A stretch of 26,524 nucleotides of DNA from a virus. Lineage: Duplodnaviria > Caudoviricetes. Positions within the stretch are counted from its first letter, which is position 1, and each line of letters begins with the position of its first letter. The translations under genes were made by a program, and so were the position numbers. Shown piece after piece: positions 6,915 to 16,000 of the stretch. The stretch covers positions 1 to 26,524 of the IMG/VR virus record IMGVR_UViG_3300027467_000528, one strand, 5' to 3'. The notes below the pieces were generated by a model that saw nothing but the letters and a program-made list of their open reading frames with translations, did not search any database and was not told where the DNA came from.

Positions 6915-8222
6915 GTGGCACGTAAATTTTTAACACCGATTGATATGACGGGGTTGGAAATCCAGAAGCTTCGTATTGAAAATGCGACTTCTAATCCAAC
7001 AGTAGCGTCAGGCTCAGAATCGGTATTCAAGGGAAGAGTATTCTATAACTCTTCTAACAATAAGCTTTATTATTACAATGGAACAACATGGCAAGCAACT
7101 GGTCTTGTCTCAATTACTCTTGGCGGAGACCTTAGTGGTACCGCAACAACAGATGTAGATGGAAACGTAACACTTAATGCCACAGTAAACGCAAACTCCA
7201 TCGCCCTAGGTACAGATACAACTGGTAACTATGTAGCAACTGTAGCGTCTTCAGGCGGTACAATCACAGTAACTGGTTCAGGATCTGAAACAGCTGCAGT
7301 TAACGTTGACCTTCCCAACACAGGCGTTACAGCAGGTTCATATGGATCACAAACAGCGATCCCAACATTTACAGTAGATGCACAAGGTCGTTTGACTGCT
7401 GCGGGAACTGTAGCAGTAGCAACAACACTTTCAATTGCAGGCGACACTGGAACAGATACAGTAAATCTACTTTCAGATACACTAACATTTGTTGGAACAG
7501 ATCCAATTGATACTGCAATTACAAATAACACAGTAACAATTTCTGCAAAAGATGCAACATATACAACTAAGGGTGTAGCAAGCTTCTCAAGCGATGACTT
7601 TACAGTAACTAATGGTGCTGTAGTTGTAAAGAATGTTAATCTTGGATCACAAACAACAGGAAATTATGTAGCTGGAATTTCTGGTACAACTAACGAAATC
7701 GAAGTTAGTGGTTCTGGATCAGAAGGCGCAAGCGTAACAATTGGTCTTCCAAACGATGTTACAATTACAAATAACCTTACAGTTGGCGGTAACTTAAACG
7801 TAACTGGAACAATCAACTCTGTAAATACAACACAGGTAAACATTGTTGATAATAAGGTAAACCTTAATACAGACTTTACTGGTACACCAGTTGCAGACGC
7901 TGGAATCAGAGTTGAACGTGGTGCAGAAGCAGATGTTGAAGTTCTATGGAATGAAACAAATGATAACTGGACAGTCACAAATGATGGAACAAATTACCAT
8001 GCAATTGCTAGAAAGTATACAGCAGTTATCGGTGATGGATCAGCAACATCAATTGCAGTAACCCACAATCTCGGTTCAAGAGACGTTACTGTTCAGGTTT
8101 ATGATGCATCAACATACGAGTCAGTAGAAACTGGTGTAGCAAGAACAAGCACATCTGCCGTGACCTTGACATTTGCAGTAGCACCATCAGCGGGAGCATA
8201 TCGGGTAGTAATTACGGGATAA
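6915..8222 (+). CDS. Tail fibre / virion structural protein
   Basis: Thr/Gly/Val-rich; repeated LGxxTTGNYVA; GVTAGSYGS..IPTFTVDAQGRLTAA fibre motif; GIRVERG. GTG start with AGGAG RBS. Confidence 0.8.
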   Translation: MARKFLTPIDMTGLEIQKLRIENATSNPTVASGSESVFKGRVFYNSSNNKLYYYNGTTWQATGLVSITLGGDLSGTATTDVDGNVTLNATVNANSIALGTDTTGNYVATVASSGGTITVTGSGSETAAVNVDLPNTGVTAGSYGSQTAIPTFTVDAQGRLTAAGTVAVATTLSIAGDTGTDTVNLLSDTLTFVGTDPIDTAITNNTVTISAKDATYTTKGVASFSSDDFTVTNGAVVVKNVNLGSQTTGNYVAGISGTTNEIEVSGSGSEGASVTIGLPNDVTITNNLTVGGNLNVTGTINSVNTTQVNIVDNKVNLNTDFTGTPVADAGIRVERGAEADVEVLWNETNDNWTVTNDGTNYHAIARKYTAVIGDGSATSIAVTHNLGSRDVTVQVYDASTYESVETGVARTSTSAVTLTFAVAPSAGAYRVVITG

Positions 8223-8233
8223 GGAGAATATAA

Positions 8234-8944
8234 ATGTCTTCTATAAAAAGATTAGTCCCGTTAAATGCAATATCATTAGCAACTAATCCTGCTAACCCAA
8301 AGCTTGGTGATTTTTATCTAAACACCACTACAAATAATTTTAGAGTTTATACATCCACAGGCTGGGTCGAAGTTGGATCTAGCGGCGGAGCAGCAGTACA
8401 TATTGGGTCAAACCCACCATCCACATACACAGAGGGCGATCTTTGGTTTAATAACGTAGATCCACACTTCTATACATATGATGGAACTTATTGGGTAGAA
8501 ATTTCGCTTGGACCTGTTGGACCCTCTGGCCCTGGTCTTCCAACTGGCGGTACAGTTGGGCAGGTTCCAGCCAAATCTTCAACAAATGATTATGCTACAA
8601 CATGGGTAACACCGTACTCATCAACTACATTTGCCTCAGACTTTTTAGCAAGAACTACAGATTCATTATCTGAAGGTGCAAATAATAAATACTTTACTAA
8701 CCAGAGAGCCGTAGATGCCACTGCAACAGCCGTTGCTGGGGCTGTAACAACCGCAAACGCTTATACTGATACCAGAATCACCAATCTTATAGATTCAGCT
8801 CCTGGAGCCCTAGATACGCTTAATGAAATTGCGGCGGCTATAGGAGATAATGCAGATTTTGCTACTTCAGTGTATAATGAAATTAACGTAACAAAGGCTT
8901 CCGTTTTGGACACTGAAATTGGTATAATTATGGGAGCATTGTAG
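8234..8944 (+). CDS. Tail fibre protein
   Basis: GDFYLN and GDLWFN motifs, LPTGGTVGQV, TDSLSEGANNKYFT, DSAPGALDTLNEIAAAIGD fibre repeat. Confidence 0.75.
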   Translation: MSSIKRLVPLNAISLATNPANPKLGDFYLNTTTNNFRVYTSTGWVEVGSSGGAAVHIGSNPPSTYTEGDLWFNNVDPHFYTYDGTYWVEISLGPVGPSGPGLPTGGTVGQVPAKSSTNDYATTWVTPYSSTTFASDFLARTTDSLSEGANNKYFTNQRAVDATATAVAGAVTTANAYTDTRITNLIDSAPGALDTLNEIAAAIGDNADFATSVYNEINVTKASVLDTEIGIIMGAL

Positions 8945-8950
8945 GAGATT

Positions 8951-9253
8951 ATGGCAAACACACCAACACAGTTTTTCAGGGGAGCAGCAAATACAACATC
9001 AACACTGTTGTATACCGTTCCCGCAAACAAGACTGCCATCGTAACCAATATCTCCATTACAAATACAGGAGCTACAGCAACTACCGCTACAATTCGATTT
9101 GACGGCGTTGAATATCTAGATGAGATTGCTGTTAGCGCAAATGACACTATGATCCTTGACATGCGTACTGTGCTCGCACAGAACTTGCAGATTACAGGAC
9201 TTGCGTCTACCGCAGGTGTCAAATTTCATATTTCGGGAATTATAACCCCATGA
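8951..9253 (+). CDS. Small beta-rich fibre adaptor (paralogue of 9844 and 14231)
   Basis: LYTVP...IVTNISITN motif shared with the two cassette proteins; AGGAG RBS. Confidence 0.7.
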   Translation: MANTPTQFFRGAANTTSTLLYTVPANKTAIVTNISITNTGATATTATIRFDGVEYLDEIAVSANDTMILDMRTVLAQNLQITGLASTAGVKFHISGIITP

Positions 9254-9474
9254 GTATAAGAGTGGCTAGCTCGTCAACAGTCATTACTGCTACCGCTCCA
9301 GCATCAGCAATTCCAGTCGGAACTGTAGAAGAAAGACCACAAAATCCTGGACACGGAGACCTGTATTTTAATACCACTCATGATACACTTGAGCAGTACA
9401 CAAAAGGTGGCTGGCAAAAAATGGGTTACCAAATTGCCATGGCACTAAAAATGAATAAAATGGAGTTGATGTAA
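9250..9474 (+). CDS. Small fibre-associated protein (stand-alone RP..P..G..YFN module)
   Basis: IPVGTVEERPQNPGHGDLYFNTTHDTLEQY..GW matches the N-termini of the ORFs at 21187, 22683 and 24691. ATGA overlap. Confidence 0.65.
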   Translation: MSIRVASSSTVITATAPASAIPVGTVEERPQNPGHGDLYFNTTHDTLEQYTKGGWQKMGYQIAMALKMNKMELM

Positions 9475-9842
9475 TGCCTGACTATACCTCGTTAGCGAAT
9501 GAAATTACCGCTATCAAGTCTGAGATCGCTGCAAGCGTAGGTGCTTCTACCTATACTGCACAAGATCTAGTCTATCTTGCATCAGCACTAGAAACTTTGG
9601 GCGGAATGCTTGGAGTAAATGATATTGTTACCGCAACAGCAGATAAAATTGCTGAGGTAAACACAGCTAAGACCACAGCTCTTGCAAATTTGGAAACAAA
9701 GAGAGTTAACTCATTGGCTGACGTAAATGCTGACAGAGCAACAGCATTGGCAGATATTGATTCTGCTAAAACAAGTGCTCTAAATCAAATTACTGGCGCA
9801 TCGACTAACTTCAATGTGCTATTCATAGGGAGCATGATTTAA
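9474..9842 (+). CDS. Coiled-coil fibre protein, cassette A gene 1
   Basis: Ala-rich helical protein with 11-residue periodicity; clear paralogue of 13862..14227. Confidence 0.75.
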   Translation: MPDYTSLANEITAIKSEIAASVGASTYTAQDLVYLASALETLGGMLGVNDIVTATADKIAEVNTAKTTALANLETKRVNSLADVNADRATALADIDSAKTSALNQITGASTNFNVLFIGSMI

Positions 9843-9843
9843 T

Positions 9844-10179
9844 ATGGCAATTCATTATAAGGTTTTGGGGCAGGTATTACCATCCGCAGCCTCAACATGG
9901 ACACAGTTATACGCTGTGCCAACAGGTAAGGAGGCAGTATGCTCATCTCTTACCGTAGCAAATTTAACAGCAGACGATATTCTATACCGTGTGCGTATTC
10001 GTGTAGCAGGCGCAGCCGCTAACGACAAGCAGACTCTTGTATACGACACAGCAGCAGCTGGCGGTGTATCACAAGCACTTCAACTTTCAATGACTCTTTC
10101 AGCAGGAGATATCGTTGAAATCTATGCTCCCTCAACATCAATCGCATTCAATCTATTCGGATCGGAGCTTGATGCATAA
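9844..10179 (+). CDS. Fibre adaptor, cassette A gene 2
   Basis: YKVLGQ..P...LYAVP...SSLTVAN...FNLFGSE; paralogue of 14231..14566. Confidence 0.75.
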   Translation: MAIHYKVLGQVLPSAASTWTQLYAVPTGKEAVCSSLTVANLTADDILYRVRIRVAGAAANDKQTLVYDTAAAGGVSQALQLSMTLSAGDIVEIYAPSTSIAFNLFGSELDA

Positions 10180-11309
10180 TGCCAGGATTTAATACACTAC
10201 CAGCAGTCGGAGGTGGCGGAGGCCAAGCAAACATGACGTTTGTTGCATCTATTCACATGCAAACATACAACCGTTCATGGGCTCAGGGTGGAACATCTGG
10301 ATACTATGCCCTCTATTCAACAAATCAAGAATCTGGTTATGCTTATTTTGTAGGTTCTGGAACTTCTACTGGCGCACCTCTAAACAGACTTGTTAACGTG
10401 TCACATGCTTTTACAAGAATAGATGTTATTGCTCCAACAAACGATATGGTTAGCCTTTACAAAGCTAAAGTTAAGTCAACTACAGTTTTTAATAATCCGT
10501 TTGCTGCCGATCCTTCAATAGGAAAATTAGCAATACCATCTTTTCCATCAATAATTAGAGGCTCTGGCAACTTTGTACTACCCAACAATGCTTTACCATT
10601 AGTAAATGTTGTAGTTGTCGGTGGCGGCGGTGGCGGTGGAAGAAATCACTCTGGTCACGGCGGTGGCGGTGGCGGCGGAGGCGGAAACGTTGTAAAGCTT
10701 ACAGCATATCAAGCTGTAGGAACAACATCAGTAACAATAGGTGGTGCGGGAAGCGGTGGTAGCACTGGTGGAAACGGTGGCACTAGCTTTTTTGGTAACG
10801 TTTATGCATTAGGTGGTGGTGGTGGTGGAGATCATGGATCCGAAGGAAATGGTGGAAGCAATGTTGGTAATGCTGGTGGAAACGGTGGAGCTTATAGCTA
10901 TAAGGCTCCAGTTTCTGGAACAACACAATCTGCTGGAACTGGTTTAGGAACAGCAGGATCTCCAGCTTTTCATGGTGGACATGCTGGAGGTGCTTCTGCT
11001 TCACATGGTGGCCACGGTAATAATCGTGCTTCAGGTGGCGGAGGTGGAGCAATGGGAGCTGGTCAAGAAGGAACTACTGGTAACTATCCATCAGGAGGTG
11101 CTGGTCACGTAAGTGATATTGTAGGAAGCAACCACTCATTTGGAGGTGGAGCATATGGACAGTCTCCAGATGGAAGACATGGATCACAGGGTTGGGATGG
11201 ATATTCTGCATATGGACATGGTGGACATGGAAATGCAACTGTAAACTCCCAGCCTAATGGAAACGGTGGAGATTCTGGAGCAGTAATTGTGAGGTACTAC
11301 ATACCATGA
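10179..11309 (+). CDS. Glycine-rich adhesin / receptor-binding protein, cassette A gene 3
   Basis: VVVVGGGGGGG...GGGGG...GAVIVRY glycine-rich domain; N-terminus homologous to 14566. Confidence 0.75.
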   Translation: MPGFNTLPAVGGGGGQANMTFVASIHMQTYNRSWAQGGTSGYYALYSTNQESGYAYFVGSGTSTGAPLNRLVNVSHAFTRIDVIAPTNDMVSLYKAKVKSTTVFNNPFAADPSIGKLAIPSFPSIIRGSGNFVLPNNALPLVNVVVVGGGGGGGRNHSGHGGGGGGGGGNVVKLTAYQAVGTTSVTIGGAGSGGSTGGNGGTSFFGNVYALGGGGGGDHGSEGNGGSNVGNAGGNGGAYSYKAPVSGTTQSAGTGLGTAGSPAFHGGHAGGASASHGGHGNNRASGGGGGAMGAGQEGTTGNYPSGGAGHVSDIVGSNHSFGGGAYGQSPDGRHGSQGWDGYSAYGHGGHGNATVNSQPNGNGGDSGAVIVRYYIP

Positions 11310-11608
11310 GTAAATATGCTAAAATTAATCAAGAAAATATTGTTGAGAATACAATAGAGTGCGAAGATTCCAACATATCACTTTTTGTTGGAACATATAT
11401 AAAGGTTACAGAAAGCACTAAAGATACAAACGCAGGCGATTCTTGGGATCCAGATAATAAAAAATTTATAGATCCAAAGCCTTATGAGTCATGGATTCTA
11501 GATGAAAGTTTTAATTGGGTATCACCTAGTGGAGAATCATTCTTAATTGGACATTATTGGGATGAAGATTCCCAAGAATGGGTAGCTGTACCGAATACTG
11601 AAAAATAA
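11306..11608 (+). CDS. Small Trp-rich protein, putative fibre chaperone, cassette A gene 4
   Basis: KYAKI...FIDPKPYESWILD...W...YWDE...W; paralogue of 15615. Confidence 0.7.
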   Translation: MSKYAKINQENIVENTIECEDSNISLFVGTYIKVTESTKDTNAGDSWDPDNKKFIDPKPYESWILDESFNWVSPSGESFLIGHYWDEDSQEWVAVPNTEK

Positions 11609-11618
11609 GGAGATCTAA

Positions 11619-13022
11619 ATGGCAGTAACACTGGATCTAGTATCCAAAAACTCCTTACCCGCCCTCGGCGGTACTTTGACGTTCAAAGCACCATCTACAT
11701 CAGCGCAGGTAAAGCAAAGAATATTTATTCTTAACGTAGGCATGCTTGTAAACGCAGGTATTTATAATCTAACATTTAGTGGATCTGCCCCAGTAAATGT
11801 TGCATACATTAATATTCTTGACGGAGATGGAAATGTAATTGATTCATCATTTCCTACTCCAGATTTTTCAACAGCCTTTAATTTTAACCCATCAAAACAA
11901 TGGGCAAAAATTGTACTAGTAAGCGATAGCGATTATGTATACTGGCCAGCAAATTCAAATGCTATAGTTGCATCTGGTCTTAGCTCAAATACAAACACTA
12001 CCCCAAATATTACTATTCCTACAACTCCTGCAACTCAGCTAACAAACACTATTACAACAAGAAATGTTGGCGGAACTGATTATGCATGGACATACCCTAC
12101 ATATAACGTATCTAACAATGCTTACTATGCAGGTAAAGTAGTAAACTGCTCAACATTTGCTTCACAAGATTTATATTCAAATAACTATCGTGGTGCTTCA
12201 TTTGCACATGACTATGTAAATAATAAACTTTATATAATTGGCGGCGGAGTATATAACTCCAATGGTGGAGTACAAGCTCATAGCCAGACAATGTATACTA
12301 CATTTATTCAGAAGGATATGTCTACAAATGCATTTGCACAGACAGCTAAGGCTGCTTATCCAGATGCTCTTAATACAATGAACATTCTTATGTGTGCTCC
12401 TGGAGATGGAAATGTTTATACATTTGGACAACACTACCTAGAGACATCTAACGTACCAACATCACACTACTACGGCAACCTAGCATATAAGTGGAATGGA
12501 TCTACAAACACATGGTCTCCAATTGCTAAAATGAACGGGTTCCCATCAGTTTCAGCAGATGAGACATTTACATTCTCATATCAAGGTAAGTGCTATATCT
12601 CAGGTACTCGCTATACAGCAGTAGACAAGGGATCTAGAGTTCTATTCGACTACTGGTTTGGATATTATGATCCAGCTACAAACACATATACTACAATTAA
12701 GAATTATAAGACAACAGGGCTTTTAGAAGGTGCTTCATTTACTACCCTCGGAAACATGAATGGTAGAACATACCATGAAGATGCAGATTTCCTATATGAT
12801 AAATTTAATAATAAATATTCTAAAGCTGCATATATTGCAACAGGATTCTTGCCAGCACCAGTAGAGACACCACAATACTGGGCTCCTACTCCAGTTCTAA
12901 ATGTTGCCAAGACTCCTGGAAGTGCTACACAATATGCACACTACACAGAAAATAGCAATTACTATCTAGTTGCTCAGACACAATCACAGATATCTGTTCC
13001 TTCATACGCTGTTAAGGTATAA
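11619..13022 (+). CDS. Virion protein with Kelch-like beta-propeller segments
   Basis: KLYIIGG, VYTFG, WNGSTNTWSPIAKM, GKCYISG, YYDPATNTY; AAGGAG RBS. Confidence 0.65.
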   Translation: MAVTLDLVSKNSLPALGGTLTFKAPSTSAQVKQRIFILNVGMLVNAGIYNLTFSGSAPVNVAYINILDGDGNVIDSSFPTPDFSTAFNFNPSKQWAKIVLVSDSDYVYWPANSNAIVASGLSSNTNTTPNITIPTTPATQLTNTITTRNVGGTDYAWTYPTYNVSNNAYYAGKVVNCSTFASQDLYSNNYRGASFAHDYVNNKLYIIGGGVYNSNGGVQAHSQTMYTTFIQKDMSTNAFAQTAKAAYPDALNTMNILMCAPGDGNVYTFGQHYLETSNVPTSHYYGNLAYKWNGSTNTWSPIAKMNGFPSVSADETFTFSYQGKCYISGTRYTAVDKGSRVLFDYWFGYYDPATNTYTTIKNYKTTGLLEGASFTTLGNMNGRTYHEDADFLYDKFNNKYSKAAYIATGFLPAPVETPQYWAPTPVLNVAKTPGSATQYAHYTENSNYYLVAQTQSQISVPSYAVKV

Positions 13023-13029
13023 TAGTTTT

Positions 13030-13236
13030 ATGGCTACAATATTTCCATCCAGCCCTGCGGTTGGACAAACATTTGAATCTGGCGGCATTAGATGGCGTTG
13101 GACAGGTATTGTATGGGAATTATTTACAGACCCAGCGGTAGTATTTGAACATACACATTCTTACGACGGAGACCTAGTAACAGGAGGACTTGCCTCTATG
13201 GTTTCTTATGATGGAGGAGACGCAAACCCAGCATGA
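13030..13236 (+). CDS. Small fibre-associated protein, leaderless
   Basis: FPSSPAVGQTF..GG..WRWTG..W motif and C-terminal YDGGDA. Start reassigned to ATG 13030, 6 nt after TATAAT (13018-13023). Confidence 0.65.
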   Translation: MATIFPSSPAVGQTFESGGIRWRWTGIVWELFTDPAVVFEHTHSYDGDLVTGGLASMVSYDGGDANPA

Positions 13237-13823
13237 CAACAATGAATGTTACTTTTAAGTTACGTAGAGATACTACGGCAAACTGGGCTACCTATAATCC
13301 AGTTCTTCAGGCTGGTGAAATTGGAATTGATACAACATTAAACAAGTTTAAGATTGGTAATGGCTCAGCGGCGTGGGGAGTTTTAAATTACGCTAACCTT
13401 TTAGCATCAGATCTAACATCGGCAATTACTGCTCATAATAACGATACTACAGATGTACATGGAATTGCAGATACATCTGCTCTAGCAACAAATTCTTCTG
13501 TATCGTCTGCTATATCTACCCATAACTCAGTAACTACAAATGTCCATGGAATTGCTAATACCGCTCTACTAGCCACCCAGACCTTTGCAACCTCTGCAGC
13601 AGCCAATGCCTTGACTTCTGCCAATACATATACGGACACGGCTATATCTAACCTTGTAGGGGCTGCTCCAGCCCTTCTTAATACCCTCAGCGAACTGTCA
13701 GACGCTCTAAACGACAACCCTAACTTTGCGGCGGAGGTAGCATCTCAGATTGCTTCCCTTACAGCCACAGTAAACAGCTTTAACGCTAGAATAACAAGTC
13801 TAGAGCTAGGATTAGGTATCTAA
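13233..13823 (+). CDS. Fibre protein with Mtd_N / hyaluronidase-N-like domain
   Basis: LRRDTTANWATYNPVLQAGEIGIDT...FKIGNG..W; two H...TT.VHGIA.T..LAT repeats; AAPALLNTLSELSDALND. Confidence 0.8.
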   Translation: MTTMNVTFKLRRDTTANWATYNPVLQAGEIGIDTTLNKFKIGNGSAAWGVLNYANLLASDLTSAITAHNNDTTDVHGIADTSALATNSSVSSAISTHNSVTTNVHGIANTALLATQTFATSAAANALTSANTYTDTAISNLVGAAPALLNTLSELSDALNDNPNFAAEVASQIASLTATVNSFNARITSLELGLGI

Positions 13824-13835
13824 TAATATGGCTCG

Positions 13836-13844
13836 TGATATACT
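13836..13844 (+). promoter_or_regulatory. Extended -10 (TGATATACT) for cassette B
   Basis: Identical to 2991-2999; lies in the short gap before ATG 13862. Confidence 0.55.
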
Positions 13845-13861
13845 AAGGTTGGTGATTATGA

Positions 13862-14227
13862 ATGCCTAGTTACGATAGTTTATCAACGCAAATTGATGCG
13901 CTAAAGTCAGAAATGACAAGCGCAATATCAACCACGGCTATGAATGCCCAGGACATGATCTACATGGCCAAGGCTCTTGGCGAACTTGGTGGCCTACTTG
14001 GTGTCAATGACATTGTGGCAGCTACAGCAGCAAAAATCACAGAATTAGAAACAAAAACAACAACATCTTTAGCTTCATTAGAGACAAAGCGTGTAAACTC
14101 TTTGTCAGATGTTAACACAGACAGAGCGACTGCGTTAGCTGATATTGATGCTGCAAGAGTCTCCGCAGTAAACCAGGTAGCTGGAGCGGGAACATCGCTA
14201 CACGCATTCTTATTGGTAGGAGTATAA
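13862..14227 (+). CDS. Coiled-coil fibre protein, cassette B gene 1
   Basis: Paralogue of 9474 (LGVNDIV, LETKRVNSL, DRATALADID identical). Confidence 0.75.
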   Translation: MPSYDSLSTQIDALKSEMTSAISTTAMNAQDMIYMAKALGELGGLLGVNDIVAATAAKITELETKTTTSLASLETKRVNSLSDVNTDRATALADIDAARVSAVNQVAGAGTSLHAFLLVGV

Positions 14228-14230
14228 TAA

Positions 14231-14566
14231 ATGGCAACACGATATAGAGTATTAGGACAAAAGTCCCCAGCAGCAAATACTGACTGGGATATTTATACAG
14301 TTAATGGAACAAAAGATGCAGTTGTTAGTTCAATAACTGTAGCAAATAGAGATTCTGGAGATTCTGCAACATATAGAATTGCAGTCCGTCCAGATGGCGC
14401 AACACTTACAAATGATATGTATGTTGCATATGATGTTCAGGTTGGAGCAAACTCAACTCAGGCACTTAGTCTTGGAATAACCATGAATCAAAATGATGTT
14501 TTAACTGTACGCTCTTCTTCTGGTTTAGTCTCGTTCAATGTTTATGGAACGGAGATTGACGTTTAA
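14231..14566 (+). CDS. Fibre adaptor, cassette B gene 2
   Basis: Paralogue of 9844 (Y.VLGQ, SS.TVAN, YD, QAL.L..T). Confidence 0.75.
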   Translation: MATRYRVLGQKSPAANTDWDIYTVNGTKDAVVSSITVANRDSGDSATYRIAVRPDGATLTNDMYVAYDVQVGANSTQALSLGITMNQNDVLTVRSSSGLVSFNVYGTEIDV

Positions 14567-15618
14567 TGGCAGTTAATAATTTCCCGCCTACATCAGGTGG
14601 CGGACAGCCAAACATGAATTACATAAAGAGTGTAAGAATGTCTTCGGCTGCTATTACGTGGAATAGATCTGGTTCTGCAGGAACCTATGCTGTATTTTCA
14701 TCTAGTGCTTCTAGCGGCTACGCCTACTTTGTTGGAACATCAACAACTGGTGTACCATTAAATAAATTAGTTTCTGTAAATCATCCTTTTACATCTATAC
14801 AAATTGTTGGAATCCCAAACGATATTTTAAATTTATATAAAGTTTCTGTAGATACAAACACTTCTGCATACGCAGATCCTTCTGCAGCATATTATCAATG
14901 GTTTGATAACTCATTGGTAACTGCAAAAATAGAACAATTTGCTGGAACTGGTACGTACACTCTTCCAGTTTTTGCTATGCCAGTTGCAGATGTTGAGCTT
15001 CATGGCGGCGGAGGAGCTTCATATCAACATGGACCAGGTGGAGGCGGGGGAGGATCAATTCTTGTAACTCTATTCCCAATTCCAGCAGGAACATCTTATT
15101 CCGTAGGAGCTGGTGGTGGAGGAAACTCAAATAACGCAGGCGGAAACACAACATTTGGAACTTTAACAGCACTTGGAGGAGCACCAGGACATTCAGATTA
15201 TAATGGAAGAAATGGTGGGTGCGGTTCTGGTGCAGCTAAATCAGGGTCAGGACAAAGTAAAAGTGGAGGATCTTCAATTCAAACAACTCCTAGTGGAGGA
15301 AGAACTAATTTAGGAATTGGCTACGGCGGCGGAGGAGTAGATAATTCAACGCAACATGCAGGCGGTGGCGGCGGTGGCGGCGGAGGAGCTGGAGGATCAG
15401 GTTCTAGTAGTTCTGCAGGAGCAGGTGGCAGTGGGTTCTTGAGTCCAATAACTGGAATTATTTATTCTACAGGAGGATATGGCTCAGCGCATGAGTCAAA
15501 TACTAGAGGGTCTGCTCCAAATGGGTATGGAAATGCTGGATCTGGTGGAGGATCTAACCCAAACTCTACTGGAGACTCTGGTAAAGATGGAATAATTATT
15601 GTGAGGTCATACGGATGA
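14566..15618 (+). CDS. Glycine-rich adhesin / receptor-binding protein, cassette B gene 3
   Basis: SGYAYFVG and PLN.LV.V.H.FT shared with 10179; glycine-rich domain ending GIIIVRSY. Confidence 0.75.
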   Translation: MAVNNFPPTSGGGQPNMNYIKSVRMSSAAITWNRSGSAGTYAVFSSSASSGYAYFVGTSTTGVPLNKLVSVNHPFTSIQIVGIPNDILNLYKVSVDTNTSAYADPSAAYYQWFDNSLVTAKIEQFAGTGTYTLPVFAMPVADVELHGGGGASYQHGPGGGGGGSILVTLFPIPAGTSYSVGAGGGGNSNNAGGNTTFGTLTALGGAPGHSDYNGRNGGCGSGAAKSGSGQSKSGGSSIQTTPSGGRTNLGIGYGGGGVDNSTQHAGGGGGGGGGAGGSGSSSSAGAGGSGFLSPITGIIYSTGGYGSAHESNTRGSAPNGYGNAGSGGGSNPNSTGDSGKDGIIIVRSYG

Positions 15619-15923
15619 AATATTTTGCTAAAATTGAAAATAATGAAGTTGTAAATACAGTGCTTTCAGAATCATTAGATTTACTTATAGGTGATAACTG
15701 GGTAGAGTTTTCGCCAGATGGTTCATTTAGAGGAAATAGAGCTGGCGTAGGAAGCATGTATGATTCTGAAAATGATGTTTTTATTAATCCAAAACCATAT
15801 GAGTCATGGGTTCTAAATCAAAGCAGCTGGCAATGGGAAGCCCCTGTTGCAAAACCCACAGACGCATATTATGGATGGGACGAATCAACAACATCCTGGT
15901 ATAAAATGAAGGATTTTGAATAA
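15615..15923 (+). CDS. Small Trp-rich protein, putative fibre chaperone, cassette B gene 4
   Basis: FINPKPYESWVLN...WEAP...WDE...W; paralogue of 11306. Confidence 0.7.
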   Translation: MKYFAKIENNEVVNTVLSESLDLLIGDNWVEFSPDGSFRGNRAGVGSMYDSENDVFINPKPYESWVLNQSSWQWEAPVAKPTDAYYGWDESTTSWYKMKDFE

Positions 15924-15932
15924 TAAATAGTA

Positions 15933-15961
15933 TTGACAAAATGCCTCTATTATAGTAACCT
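15933..15961 (+). promoter_or_regulatory. Promoter TTGACA-N17-TAACCT for the halogenase cassette
   Basis: TTGACA 15933-15938, 17-nt spacer, TAACCT 15956-15961. Confidence 0.55.
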
Positions 15962-15985
15962 ATAAGTAGAGGCATTAGTCTTTTT
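15940..15985 (+). terminator. 16-bp inverted repeat (terminator or operator) overlapping the promoter
   Basis: AATGCCTCTA-TTATAG / CTATAA-(G)-TAGAGGCATT with a TAAC loop, followed by agtcTTTTT. Confidence 0.55.
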
Positions 15986-16000
15986 AGAGATAGGTTATAA

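Noticed and set aside
13233-13823. Mtd_N-like domain suggesting a diversity-generating retroelement
   Set aside because: No reverse transcriptase is present and I saw no template/variable repeat pair differing only at adenines. The domain is common in ordinary fibres.
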